Shown here: positions 49,944 to 61,800 of the stretch, one piece after another
Position numbering within the stretch: position 1 is the first letter of the stretch
Layout: each line of letters begins with the position of its first letter
Assembly (NCBI GenBank): GCA_048128005.1
Contig: JBEUKZ010000064.1
Span: forward strand, 248,001-312,000
Direction: 5' to 3'
Source: Veleropilina oligotropha
Lineage: Eukaryota
DNA length: 64,000 nt
Program-made: the position numbers and the translations under genes
Notes under the pieces: model-generated
Seen by the model: only the letters and a program-made list of their open reading frames with translations
What the model was told of the DNA's origin: nothing
Database searches by the model: none

Positions 49944-51258
49944 AATGCACATAATCCCCACACCCCGAGTCAAACTACTGAGTACTAACGGGCCAGCAGG
50001 TAGTGTAATGCACATAATCCCCACACCCCGAGTCAAACTACTGAGTACTAACGGGCCAGCAGGTAGTGTAATGCACATAATCCCCACATCCCGAGTCAAA
50101 CTACTGAGTACTAACGGGCCAGCAGGTAGTGTAATGCACATAATCCCCACATCCAGAGGCATCTGTACCTACTGAGTACTAACGGGCCAGCAGGTAGTGT
50201 AATGCACATAATCCCCACATCCAGAGGCATCTGTACCTACTGAGTACTAACGGGCTAGCAGGTAGTGCAATGCACATAATCCCCACATCCAGAGGCATCT
50301 GTACCTACTGAGTACTAACGGGCCAGCAGGTAGTGTAATGCACATAATCCCCACATCCAGAGGCATCTGTACCTACTGAGTACTAACGGGCCAGCAGGTA
50401 GTGTAATGCACATAATCCCCACATCCAGAGGCATCTGTACCTACTGAGTACTAACGGGCCAGCAGGTAGTGTAATGCACATAATCCCCACATCCAGAGGC
50501 ATCTGTACCTACTGAGTACTAACGGGCAAGCTTCGGCAGCGCAGTGGGTAAGAGTGTCCACTCTACATTCACTGGCTTGATTCCGCTAATGCGAACAGCA
50601 GTGGGTTCAATACCTGGCTGAGGCATTGACATTTGTTCAAGTTATGAATCACAGTTGTCCGCGACTGGCCGAAGAGGGCGGGCTTACCCGGGTGACCGGG
50701 GTTTCCTTCCGTGATAACACGGACATGTACTGCCTTGAACCTCGATGTCGTAAATATACAGGACATAGGACATTAAGCATCATTCCTCCCTCCTCCCTCC
50801 CACATCTGTACCTACTGAGTACTAACGGGCCAGCAGGTAGTATAATGCACATAATCCCCACACCCAGAGGAATCTGTACCTACTGAGTACTAACGGGCCG
50901 GGCACGTAGTGTAATGCACATAATCCCCACACCCAGAGGCATCTGTACTTACTAAGTACTAATGGGCCAGCAGGTAGTATAATGCACATAATCCCCACAC
51001 CCAGAGGCATCTGTACTTACTAAGTACTAATGGGCCAGCAGGTAGTATAATGCACATAATCCCCATATCCAGAGGCATCTGTACCTACTGAGTACTAACG
51101 GGGCACCAGGTAGTATAATGCACATAATCCCCATATCCAGAGGCATCTGTACCTACCGAGTACTAACGGGCCAGCAGGTAGTATAATGCACATAATCCCC
51201 ATATCCAGAGGCATCTGTACCTACTGAGTACTAACGGGCCAGCAGGTAGTGTAATGCA
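49944..51258. repeat. 61-bp (initially 63-bp) minisatellite interrupted by a SINE
   Basis: AATGCACATAATCCCCACATCCAGAGGCATCTGTACCTACTGAGTACTAACGGGCCAGCAGGTAGTGT recurs on both sides of 50525-50801. Confidence 0.93.
50525..50801 (+). mobile_element. Full-length GGCCGC-family SINE inserted in the minisatellite
   Basis: A-box-like CAGCGCAGTGG, B box GGTTCAATACC, core GGGCTTACCCGGGTGACCGGGGTTTCC, tail (CTCC)n; ~25 bp of the host unit (CATCTGTACCTACTGAGTACTAACG) is present on both sides. Confidence 0.88.
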
Positions 51259-51700
51259 TGTAATGGATAACATTCACTGGCATGAGTGCTCTGACTGACA
51301 GGAGTGGGTTCGCCTTCGCAGCGCTCGTTGCAGTCAGCAGTCACAGCTGCTCTAGCTGGCTGGTGTGGGTGGGTTCGCCTACTCAGCGCTCGTTGCAGTC
51401 AGCCATCACAGCTGCTTTAGCTGGCTGGTGTGGGTGGGTTCGCCTTCTCAGCGCTCATTGCAGTCAGCAGTCACAGCTGCTCTAGCTGGCTGGTGTGGGT
51501 GGGTTCGCCTCTAGCTGGCTGGTGTGGGTGGGTTCACCTCTAGCTGGCTGGTGTAGGTGGGTTCGCCTCTAGCTGGCTGAGGTGGGTGGGTTCGCCTCTA
51601 GCTGGCTGGGGTGGGTGGGTTCGCCTCTAGCTGGCTGGGGTGGGTGGGTTCGCCTCTAGCTGGCTGGTGTGAGTGGGTTTCCGTGATAATATGGATATCC
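51236..51700 (+). mobile_element. Old GGCCGC-family SINE with internal 65-bp x3 and 29-bp x6 tandem expansions
   Basis: ACATTCACTGGCATGAG...ACAGGAGTGGGTTCG...GTCACAGCTG...GCTGGCTGGTGTGGGTGGGTT...GGGTTTCCGTGATAATATGGATAT is collinear with the SINE body. Confidence 0.65.
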
Positions 51701-53954
51701 AGGATTCCGCAACAATTACTGGATATTACATAATTTTTATTCCAACTATCCTTGAGATAGTCTATGGATATTTGGGTAGAATGCAAAACTGTTATAAGAC
51801 AACACAATCAACTCCCCCCACATCTCCCATTAAGACATGACAAAAGTTTACATTGCAATCTAAACCATATTTCTAACACTATTCCCCATATACCGTCATT
51901 TGTTCAAAACTGGGGTATAGGGGTGACAAAAATAGTCAATAACTTTACAGTAGCCTGGTTACAATGGAGGAATTCTTGGGAATGTATAAAACTGGTGTCC
52001 ACACCCAGATTTAAACTCCTTCCATGTTGATAAACAATGACAGGTTAATCATTTGACACCACTTCTTTATGAGTTCTTGAATTCTTTAAGTGTGACAAAT
52101 TGTACTTGACAAATTCTCTGTCTGCTATAAGTGTCCTCATTGTGACTCCTGTCTGTGTTTTATCAGGGAAAAGCTTTGGTTTATCTAACACTTTGTCAAG
52201 AAAATATATTATCGCAGGTCAAGTTTCTGAATCAATGGACAACAAGAATAGAGGAAACGTACCCTAGTGAGAAATACATTTTTATCTGCAGTTCTTCTGG
52301 GAATATTCTCATCAATAAACATGTTTGCATTTTCTGCATGCTGCTATAAACCGATGTCCTCGCAACCATCAGAAATTTTTAATCAGAAAATATCCAGGGA
52401 TTCTCTCAACAATTCTCCTTTCAATTATGCAAAAGGTTCACAACATTTATTAACTACCAATATACCATGAAAACTAGGGATCAGAGAACAATCACGTTTG
52501 AAAATTAACATTGACAATATGAGCTGCATGATACTTCTTCACTGGTTACAATGAAAATGTTGAGTAGCTCTCCATTTTATTGAGTTTAATCCAAACACTT
52601 TTCTATGAACAACTGTTTTTATTCAAATGCACTAAATGTTAGTATATGTGCTGATTCTACAATGATTTACTATCAGTGTTTGGGACGCTGCTACTTGACA
52701 ATACATGTAGTGATTTCCATAAAATCATTGTCCTTCTTTGATCTGCACAAATATAAACAACACGGTTACAAGTTCTATCACAAACAAATGCACGAACAAA
52801 CAAAACTAAACCGACAATCAAGATCAAACATTCACCATCAATATTGAGGGACTGAGCAGTGCTGCTGCATACGATACATGTTAACTTTTTTAAAATATTC
52901 TCCTTTCACTAATGCAACGTCTTTCACCAATGTAGTGCATCTGTTTTCAATGAGATATAATTTTGATAAGATTTTACAAAATAATAAATGTGATATGTAT
53001 TAACAGCTTTAATTACAAACGTATGTATGAAGAATTATTGTGTCGTCGGCCTCATCCAGTATGGAGCGCAACGAGAACGGAATGCTGGGTATTGATTGAG
53101 ATTGAGGCTCTATATAGCTGTTGTATTGCTATCATCGGAAAACGTTGCTGTTGTAAATAACGGTAGCAAACAAAGCGAGCAATGTGTGGAATGGACGGTA
53201 TTGACAACATCGCTTGGACAGCACCGTCAACAAAACCGTACAGGAAGTGACCTCCCATTGGCTGGAGGCAAGTTAGCAGACAAGTGCAGTGTTTTGCGTG
53301 TAATTTCGACTTGTGTATTGAACATGAAATAACAAACGGGCCACAACTTACCAGGTTTGCCATGTAAACAGTGAGTAGACCTCTCCTGAAAGGGAAACAA
53401 CAAAATGCATGTTGTGAATACAGAATGTGCAATCAGACGGAGACTAATTATAGACATAGTCGATGCCGTCAGACCGCGTCGGATAAACAAGCGGCACCAG
53501 GAATATAATCAAATTTACACATAAACAATACAGACTTTCTGTAAATCACGTAAAAATAAGCAAAACACGTTCAAATTTGATGCTATGAAATGCAATAGTT
53601 AACAGTAATATGCAAATATTGATCAAAATGATGACAAATTTAGCATTATCTTGAAAGAGAAACAGAAAATATGGATCAATTGTTCTGGGAAATAATATTT
53701 TTCATGTTAAAATTGTATATGATTTACATATAAACGGATTGAATGTTGAGCATAAATCACACAGCACTTCAATAAGTGATCTTAGAGTTGCGTTTACTTT
53801 CAGATTCTAAGAGAAGAAATCACACAAATAAATAGCCTCTAGGCAAGCGCACTTCTAATCTAATGGATGAAAGCAAGGAAGATCACACATCTATCGTCCA
53901 TCTACTAGACCCTACAGAACATCATCACTATGCAAGTTGCACTAGTCTCCAGTG

Positions 53955-54922
53955 CAGTGGCGTAGGAAGATGTTTGACATTGGGGGGGGGGGGCAACTGA
54001 AATGACTGTGTATTATCAACTGGGCACGTGGGGTTGGGCCACAACGCGGCTAGAATTCTTTTTATATTTTAACTTTCTGAAATTGTTTCTCCTTCACTCT
54101 GAGCAAATTATTACACCCTACGCATCTCAATTTGATACATATGTATTCCAACTGCAGTTGGTATGATTTCAACAGTAAATTATCAGGTAGATATAGATAT
54201 CTAATATTTTGAATTTAGGTTATTACATTAAAATAAATATAGCAGTATTTGCAGGCTCAAACAGTATGTATGGTAAAACAAATCACCAATAACATTATAT
54301 TGATACTGTAACATTATTACATGTAATTTCAAACCTATGTATGTCAGTGATGATCTCTTTACGGGAGTTATATCTTGGATATTTATTGACTGAATACTAG
54401 AGACCAGATTACAGAATAAGACTTTATTCCAAATGACTGTCTCCGCATAAGCATAGGCACGATATCGGTTCATTCCTCCTGCTCATCAATATGTGTGTGT
54501 TCTGTGTGTCTTTTAGTAGTCGAAGGTACCTTTTTGAATCGTGACAAATTTCGAGTGAATGCTATTATAATAATGTTCTCTTTCTTCGCAATAGTCGTGC
54601 ATGCTTGAGGGTTAAATGGAGTAGATAACGTGATTTCCTTGGAATCAATTCTAACAAGAACAGAATCTCCTATCGCCAAGTTGTTATCTCGGGCTTGACT
54701 ACGATCATCTTCTTACTTCGTCATGTATTGCTTTGCCTTTTTGTCATTTTGTTTTGGTCTTGGGCAATTTTGTCAGGGTATTTCTTCCCATAATTAGTCA
54801 ATATGGTTTAACTCCTGTAAAAGCAGGAGGCTTTGTGCGATACTGTCATAGAAATGTCTAGATTTTTGAATTATTGAGGTTTCCCAAAGATACTAGAGCC
54901 CGCCAGATAAATTATTGGGGGG
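53955..54922 (-). mobile_element. Second, inverted copy of the Gypsy-fragment MITE, truncated at the poly-G end
   Basis: Begins CAGTGGCGTAGGAAGATG; reverse complement of 39750-40747; ORF 54470-54679 (AIGDSVLVR...LSTPFNPQ...TRNLSRFKKVP) retains GD where copy 1 has a stop. Confidence 0.85.
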
Positions 54923-55261
54923 AACTGGCTTGGGTGATCAAATCTTCATATGTTAGTTCTTACTACTCGTTACTATTGTTGAGCCTAACTACGACAGCCA
55001 ATAAGTTGATGTCCAAAATGGCGACTGCAACAAAATGTTGAGGACTCCAACAAAGTCATAATAGCAAAAGTCCTCGAAACAAAAGTCACTGCATTCGCTC
55101 ACAATCAAACTTCTTAAAATCAGTTTGAACATGCCAAGAGCGAGACAGCAAAATACATTGCAAGACTAGCAAATGTTGTTCTTCCGAGGTTTGATAAAGT
55201 TGGCTTTTACAGATAGGTGATATTCACTACCAGGGGTTACAGTATTGATTTAACACTGTAT

Positions 55262-55508
55262 TGTGGTCGGCCTAAATTGTCAACATGCTCCCTCCCTCTG
55301 AAATCACTGGCTCGGTCGCTTTAAATAACAGGAGTGGGTTCGAATCTCATTCTTGTTCAGTTATCAATCGCAGTTGACCGTAACTAGCCGGAGATAGAGG
55401 GTTTCGGAGGGAGACCATGCTTTCCTCCAGCGTTAATATCGACATGTCCTGCCTTGAACCTAATGGTTTTAAATATACAGGACATTAAGCATCCATCCAT
55501 TCCAATCC
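55262..55508 (+). mobile_element. Diverged GGCCGC-family SINE
   Basis: CTCTGAAATCACTGGCTCGG...GGGTTCGAATC...GACATGTCCTGCCTTGAACC...ATACAGGACATTAAGCATCCATCC. Confidence 0.78.
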
Positions 55509-56340
55509 ATTGGTAATAATTACATATAACATTATATACAAAGGTCATCTTCCAACAGTGGATACTACTTCCCCAAAAACTAAGTCATTAAACAGGATTA
55601 TATTCCGAAACCTAGGGTACTTGTTGCAAGTTATCCAAGTCGCCATGCGCCAACACCATTAGAACAGATGTTTTCTTTATGACACTGACAGGTGGACAAG
55701 CATACAGCCTGGGGCTTCACTTCAAACTTTCATGTGTATCCACAAATTATAAATTATACAAGATGGTGAGATTAAAGAGAAACAAAAAATAAATAATAAT
55801 AATATAAATGTCACACCAGAGTCATAAACGTCTGTTCAAAGCTGATTCTCGCTAATTGAGATGAATTTACACCGATGTGACGAATTGCATCAGAATGAAA
55901 AATGAACACAATTTACAACCGTAAACAAAAGAAAAGCAACAAGCAACCAGGACCTTGATATGTACATGTATATTTATAAACTCAGGCAACTCTCGAGTGT
56001 TCGCAAAATCTTGTGAAAATGTATACGGTAAATTCGCAATTTGAATAAATACAAGTAATTAGGTCATCAATATATAATTATTAATACTTACAGAAGTTTA
56101 AAATGTTAATACATTTTTAAAAGGTAATATATCCAAATGTTTAATGAGATTGTTGAAAACACATATGTATTTTGATGACTTTGAACTTGATCTTTGATTA
56201 AAAGTAACAGTATTCATTGTACATGTACATAATGAACTGAAACCTCACGATAATTAATGATTGGATGAAATAAGAATTGAAAACGGAAAATGGAACATTT
56301 GATTAAGGTCATGAAAAGAGATAAAGGTCCAAGAGGTTAA

Positions 56341-56546
56341 TGATGATGATGAATTGATGTTTAACGACCACGCCAACAGTATTTCAGTTATAAATTGGGT
56401 CAATCAATTTTGAATGATGAAATGAAGTGGTGCTGTGTGCAATGGAGGCAGCGATCATTAGAAAAATCCCTGGCACTCCCGGGGCTTGAACCTGTGACCT
56501 CCCGTTTAGTAGACCAGCACCGTAACCACTCGGCCATGCTGCTCCC
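56341..56546 (-). mobile_element. tRNA-derived SINE (third family) with (TCA)n tail
   Basis: A box TGGCCGAGTGG, B box GGTTCAAGCC, tail TAACTGAAATACTGTTGGCGTGGTCGTTAAACATC..(TCA)n; 13-bp TSD TCCAAGAGGTTAA (56328-56340, 56547-56559). Confidence 0.85.
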
Positions 56547-56557
56547 TCCAAGAGGTT

Positions 56558-57407
56558 AACAAGAGTACCGGTAATGTAAACGATACATAATACGCCCGCG
56601 CATTTCGCAACTAGTTTCAATAAGCTTCTTTGTCACATGATAAACCTATTCAGCATGTCTTAAAACAATTTACTTTTGCTTAGTTATCGGGCGAAAATGG
56701 AAATTCTTTGTTTTCGAACCAGAGCCAGAAGACACTGACAAATCGAGTGACAAGGATGAAAACGAATAGGCTTCATACTTGACACATGATTAAGCAATTG
56801 GGAAAGTTTCATTGTGAAATAATTTATATTGGCTTAATTATCGTGCAGAAACGGAAAAAAAACCTTCAAATGAGGGCCAGAAGTCAGGGACAAATCGATC
56901 GACATGGATGGAAATGAATAGGCTTCTTCCTTGCCACATCATTAAACCTTCCGGAAAGTTTCATTGAAAAATAATTTATGTTTTTTACTTATCGTGCGGA
57001 AATTGTTTTCAAACAATGGTCAGAAGTCAGCAACAAATCAAGCGACAGGGACGAAAATAAATAGGCTCCTTCCTTGTCACATGATTAAGGCACCCAGGCA
57101 GCGACAGGGACGAAAATGAATAGGCTTCTTCCTTGTCACATGATTAAGGCATCCCGCAAGTTTCATTGAAAAATAATTAATAGTTGCTAAGTTATCATGC
57201 GAAAATGAAATTTCCCTTATTTTCGAACAAGAGCCAGAAGTCAATGACGAATCGAGCAACATGGTTGAAAATGAATAGGATTCTTCCTTGTCCTATGATG
57301 AACACACCCAGCAAGTTTCATATATAAAGATGGTATATTTCTTGAGATATGGTGCAAAAACGAAGGAGGCAGACCGACAATACACCTTGCCTTCGGTGGG
57401 CGTATAA
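56558..57407 (-). mobile_element. HINE-like element family E
   Basis: AACAAG end with hairpin ATGTA-AACGA-TACAT, subTIRs ATACGCCC / GGGCGTAT, core repeats with AAATGAATAGGCTTCTTCCTTGTCACATGATTAA. Confidence 0.78.
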
Positions 57408-57659
57408 CAATTAAGGTCCAGAACCAATCACCAACTGCATAACTAGTCGGAATTTGATAATGCCTCAGTCACACTGTGATGGATCCACTGGCGAATGAAT
57501 GAGAATGCCGGCGATTTGTGCAATACGGATTCTACGGCACATCATGGAGAACAAGAGCAATCAGAGGAGATTGCAAACCCTCCCCCCGGGGCTAAGGAAG
57601 ACGACAGTGAAAGTCAGAGATGTCTACAATGAATATTTCTGAACATGAATTATAATCAT

Positions 57660-58560
57660 AACAAGAACCACGGTCCGATATGTCTCGCCCCTTTAGATTT
57701 AGGAATTTACTAGAAAAGTGTTTTGACCATCTCATAAAATTTGCAATCATTGAAAAACTTTAGCTGAAAATTATAAGTCCAAAAACACAAATGTTATGCA
57801 TCAATTATATGAAATTTTATTTCATATCAATGCCAGAGTATCCATATAAACAATACCAAAGCATACATATTCCAAAAAGTGATTTTAGTACCCAATATCC
57901 ACTAAATGAAAAACTTTAACCAAAATTTCTATGTACACAAACACCACTTTAGTTTCATTAATTATAATAAAATTTATTTAATATTACTGCCAAAGTATCA
58001 GGTGACATCCATATAACCAATAACAAAGCATATATATGCCCAAAAGTGCATTGAGCAAGCCATATACACTTGATTAAAAACTTTAAACGAAAACTTTAAC
58101 CTAAAATTTGCCTAAATTTCTATGTCCCAAAAGATCACTATATTTCAATTAATTATATTAACATTTATTCAATATCACTGCCAGAGTATCAGGTGACATC
58201 CATATAACCAATAACAAAGCATATATATGCCCAAACGTGCCTTGAGCAAGCCATATACACTTGATGAAAAACTTTAAACGAAAACTTTAACCTAAAATTT
58301 GACTAAATTTCTATGTCCCAAAAGACCACTATATTTCTATTTTATATTAAAATTTATTCAATATCACTGCCAGAGTATCAGGTGACATCCATACAACCAA
58401 AATCAAAGCATATATATGCAAAAAAGTGCCTTGAGCAAGTCATATACACTCAATGAAAATCATTAACCAAGATGACAAGACGACACCGACGACGACGAAG
58501 ACACCAACAACGCCGGAAAAAGCAATCCCTTAGTCTCGCTTTCCTTCGGGGCGAGACAAA
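57660..58560 (-). mobile_element. HINE-like element family F, second copy
   Basis: Termini match 32759-33251; it has more core-repeat units. Confidence 0.87.
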
Positions 58561-58587
58561 AATGTGCTGACAAATCATAACAAAATT

Positions 58588-59858
58588 CTAGTAATAACAA
58601 AGCTTAAGTAAAAAAAATGTAAACATTTTTTGGGAGGCAACGGCAAGCGAACCCCTGACCTCAAGATTAGTCGACAAAGCTTTAACCGTTTGCGCTATTC
58701 GTACATTTCTAAATATAGCTGATATTGTAGGCTATATATATTTGGTGTTTGATTTTTGTATTTGCAAATTTGCCGAGCCTGACAATATTTAACTTGCAAT
58801 AACTCAATAGTTACTAAAGCGATATACCTGAAATTTTAAAGAGAGGTAGATTACGGGAGGGATGATAACTTGAACAAATGTCAATGCCTCAGCCAGGTAT
58901 TGAACCCACCACTGTTCGCATTAGCGGAATCAAGCCAGTGAATTTAGAGTGGACACTCATACCCACTGCGCTGTCGAAGCGGCCATAGATTACGGGAACC
59001 TTGCTTAATGGTGTAAATTATATCACCGCGTTAATAGTATTTAAAGAGAAATCTCAAATATTGCAACGCCTCGACGATTTTAAGCTCGGAGCAAAAATTA
59101 TTGCTACAAATTCGCTTGAACACACAAAGTATATCAATAAGAGTTGTAGATAATGTCTCACTCTGTCACTTGTTAAAATTTCAGGTGTCTGGTGGGGTCA
59201 GTGGTTACCGATATACGTCCCTTTATTGCATTTTGCTTTGGTTGATTTCTAAAATGCTTATAAAGTTCACAGTTCACATTATTTTCTAAATATTTTTGCT
59301 GAAATCATTATAATTTCATCAGGACTACGATTTGCATAACGAATTTACACAATTTAATTCGATTTGGCGGAATTAGACTTTGACCGGCTATTTTTTAAAT
59401 TTTAAATTCTCCTGGCGGCCATCTTGTGTGAGGTAGATTATATATAATTCATGTTGTCATTGGCCCCTGATCTAAAGAACATTTTGAGCCTAATTTGAAG
59501 TTTGTACGACGAAGCATTTTAGCGCTATAGCCGAAAATGAGTAAACCAAATATTGCATCATAAAATCCGAACCCGGATCACAGTCCTCATATTAATTGAC
59601 ATTTTTTTGCTTTATTTTGCGGCAAAAACAAATTTCATAAAATTTTCAAAATTTATATTTTCGCCTAAAATTAAAAATTAAAAATAGTTTTTTTTGGAAA
59701 TTTTTTTCCTCAAAATTTAACATTTTTTTGCGGCCAAGACCATCCCCTGGGTACCCTTAGTTGACATGCAAACTTTGGTGAGGATCGGCCCAGTGGTTAC
59801 GGAGGAGATAGCGGACAGACAGACAGACAGACAGACTCTACTCTTTTATATATAGAGA
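58588..59858 (-). mobile_element. Non-autonomous Helitron-like element
   Basis: Minus strand starts A|TCTCTATATATAAAAG followed by (GTCT)n; candidate CTAG 3' end at 58588-58591 with a nearby hairpin AAAAAATGT-AA-ACATTTTTT; the 3' boundary is uncertain (followed by A, not the canonical T). Confidence 0.5.
58859..58985 (-). mobile_element. 127-bp short GGCCGC-family SINE with its own TSD
   Basis: Head nearly identical to the 50525 copy, ends GTTCAAGTTATCATCCC; 12-bp TSD TAGATTACGGGA (58847-58858, 58986-58997). Confidence 0.85.
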
Positions 59859-61166
59859 TAAATGCACCAATCCAGAGCGTCTGTGATCTTCATCTGGCGA
59901 AATAAAGTGTGGAATTAATACTCAGTGATCTAAATAAGACGGCACTAAGTTATGCGGCACCAAGAATGTCGCCAGTGGTCAAATATCATCCATGATTATC
60001 CCTTGTTGACAATTACACTTTTCAGTGATCGGAGAATTAACTACGGCAAATGTGGCTGATAAACATCGGTACCTGGCTGAATACAAGTGTAATGAGTTTC
60101 TAACCGCCATGTAAAGCCACAGTAAGCTACCCGGCACCTGCCCATTTACAAATGTGACCCGAACAATGGGTCCAGTCATGGGGAAAACAGCCATAATGAA
60201 ACGAAAACAAAGTTTATGCTGAGAGCTGACCTGGCCAAATTAATCACTCCCTGTTATCAATGACCACCCCAACAATGAAACCTGGGCTGGATTAACTTTT
60301 GATAGGGTCATGATGACTGCCATACTGTTGCCATGGCGACGTGGATGAGCCTTATTGTGTTAGTGAAGTGGTTTGCATAAAGTACAAGATTCCATTCCAG
60401 AACAAATGAGAGATTAATGGAACACAGTCCTGTGAATAAATCCGAGAGCTCGGGAATATGTGCGAATGGTAGGCGTAGTATGATAATAGTACTTGAATAT
60501 TAACAAAGTCTATTGTTCTTCAAAAGCTTTCCTTCAGGAAATGCAAAAATTTAACATCAACATTAAAATTCTGCATAATACCATTAACTTCGGCATCACG
60601 TGCACACCATGTTCACAAGTCAATGCTGTTTGATATACAAAAGTCTAGTTATAAAGACGTTCATATAATCATATGGCAGCAAATTTAAAGTTGATATGTT
60701 CTTTATGGAATTAAAAACTGGATATTTTCCAGAAGATAACGATATTACCACCATATATCAGTGAAAATGTAGTCAAGGAAAAAAATTTGATCACAAGACT
60801 AAAAATTTCATAGTCGTAATGTAAATATAACTTCTGAAAAAGTCCAATAGCTAATATGGCTTTGGTGTCCAGGCTGCACAAAATTGCGCTTCAATACAGT
60901 AAGTACATGTACTTCCTAAATAGCAAAATTAAACCGTTACTGCATGATGATAGTGATATCAAAGAGGGTGCAAATAAACTCAAGACAGCACAATACTGGG
61001 GGGGGGGGGGGGGGGGGGGCCTCTGCATCTGTCCCGCACTACTCTACTCATGCCCAGCTACCAGCTGTCGTACATGTAACAATATAGATCACGCAATCTC
61101 TATTCACACCAGTATAGCAAAACAGGCACTACCCAATGGTAGTACGTACCATGATATGAATACAAC

Positions 61167-61800
61167 AACAAGTGTAACGTAAACGATACATAATGCACCT
61201 GTGCAATTTGCAACTACTGTAGTTTGAATAGACTTCTTCTTTGTCACATGATTAACATATTCAGCAAGTTTTATTGAAAAACAATTTATATTTGCATAGT
61301 AATTGTGCAAAAATGAAATTTCTTTTGGTTTCGAATGAGAGCCAGAAGAAAGTGGCAAATTGAGCGACAAGAATGATAACGAATAGGCTTCTTCTTCGTC
61401 ACATCATTAAACCTTCCAGAAAGTTTCATTGAAAAATAATTTATATTTGATTAGTTATCGTGCGGAAATGAAATTTTTCTTGCTTTCGAAAAGGGACAGA
61501 TGTCAGCGACAAATCGAGCGACAGGCTTGAAAATGAATAGGCTTCTTCCTTGTCACATGATTAAGGCATCCAGCAAGTTTCATTGAAAAATAATTTATAC
61601 TTGCTTAGTTATCGTGCAAATACCAAATGTTTCTTCTTTTCGAACAAGGTCCAGAAAATTTGCACAATATATTTTTGATAGGCCTAGCTCTTACGGTCAC
61701 AAAAGTCATTACAAAGTGTGGTAAGGAACGGTTGAAAAGTGCTCGAGTTATCGATCGGGCATTCTCTATCTGCCTGCGCAACGTGTGTGGAAACATAATT
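61167..61800 (-). mobile_element. HINE-like family E, second (diverged) copy
   Basis: AACAAG...GTAAACGATACATAAT start and the same core repeats as 56558-57407. Confidence 0.72.

Noticed and set aside
39713..54922. The two inverted ~1-kb copies as giant TIRs of one 15-kb transposon
   Set aside because: Copy 1 has its own TIR pair and TSD, the copies are visibly diverged, and no transposase lies between them.
56460..56546. Possible tRNA gene (also tRNA-like 58633-58700 on the minus strand)
   Set aside because: A and B boxes are present but there is no convincing cloverleaf. The first is the head of a TSD-flanked SINE, and the second is a degenerate fragment inside another element.
60997..61019. 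Poly-G runs (also 39729-39751 and poly-C 23336-23349) as G-quadruplex elements
   Set aside because: Homopolymer runs are common, partly MITE-internal and prone to length error; there is no specific evidence of function.
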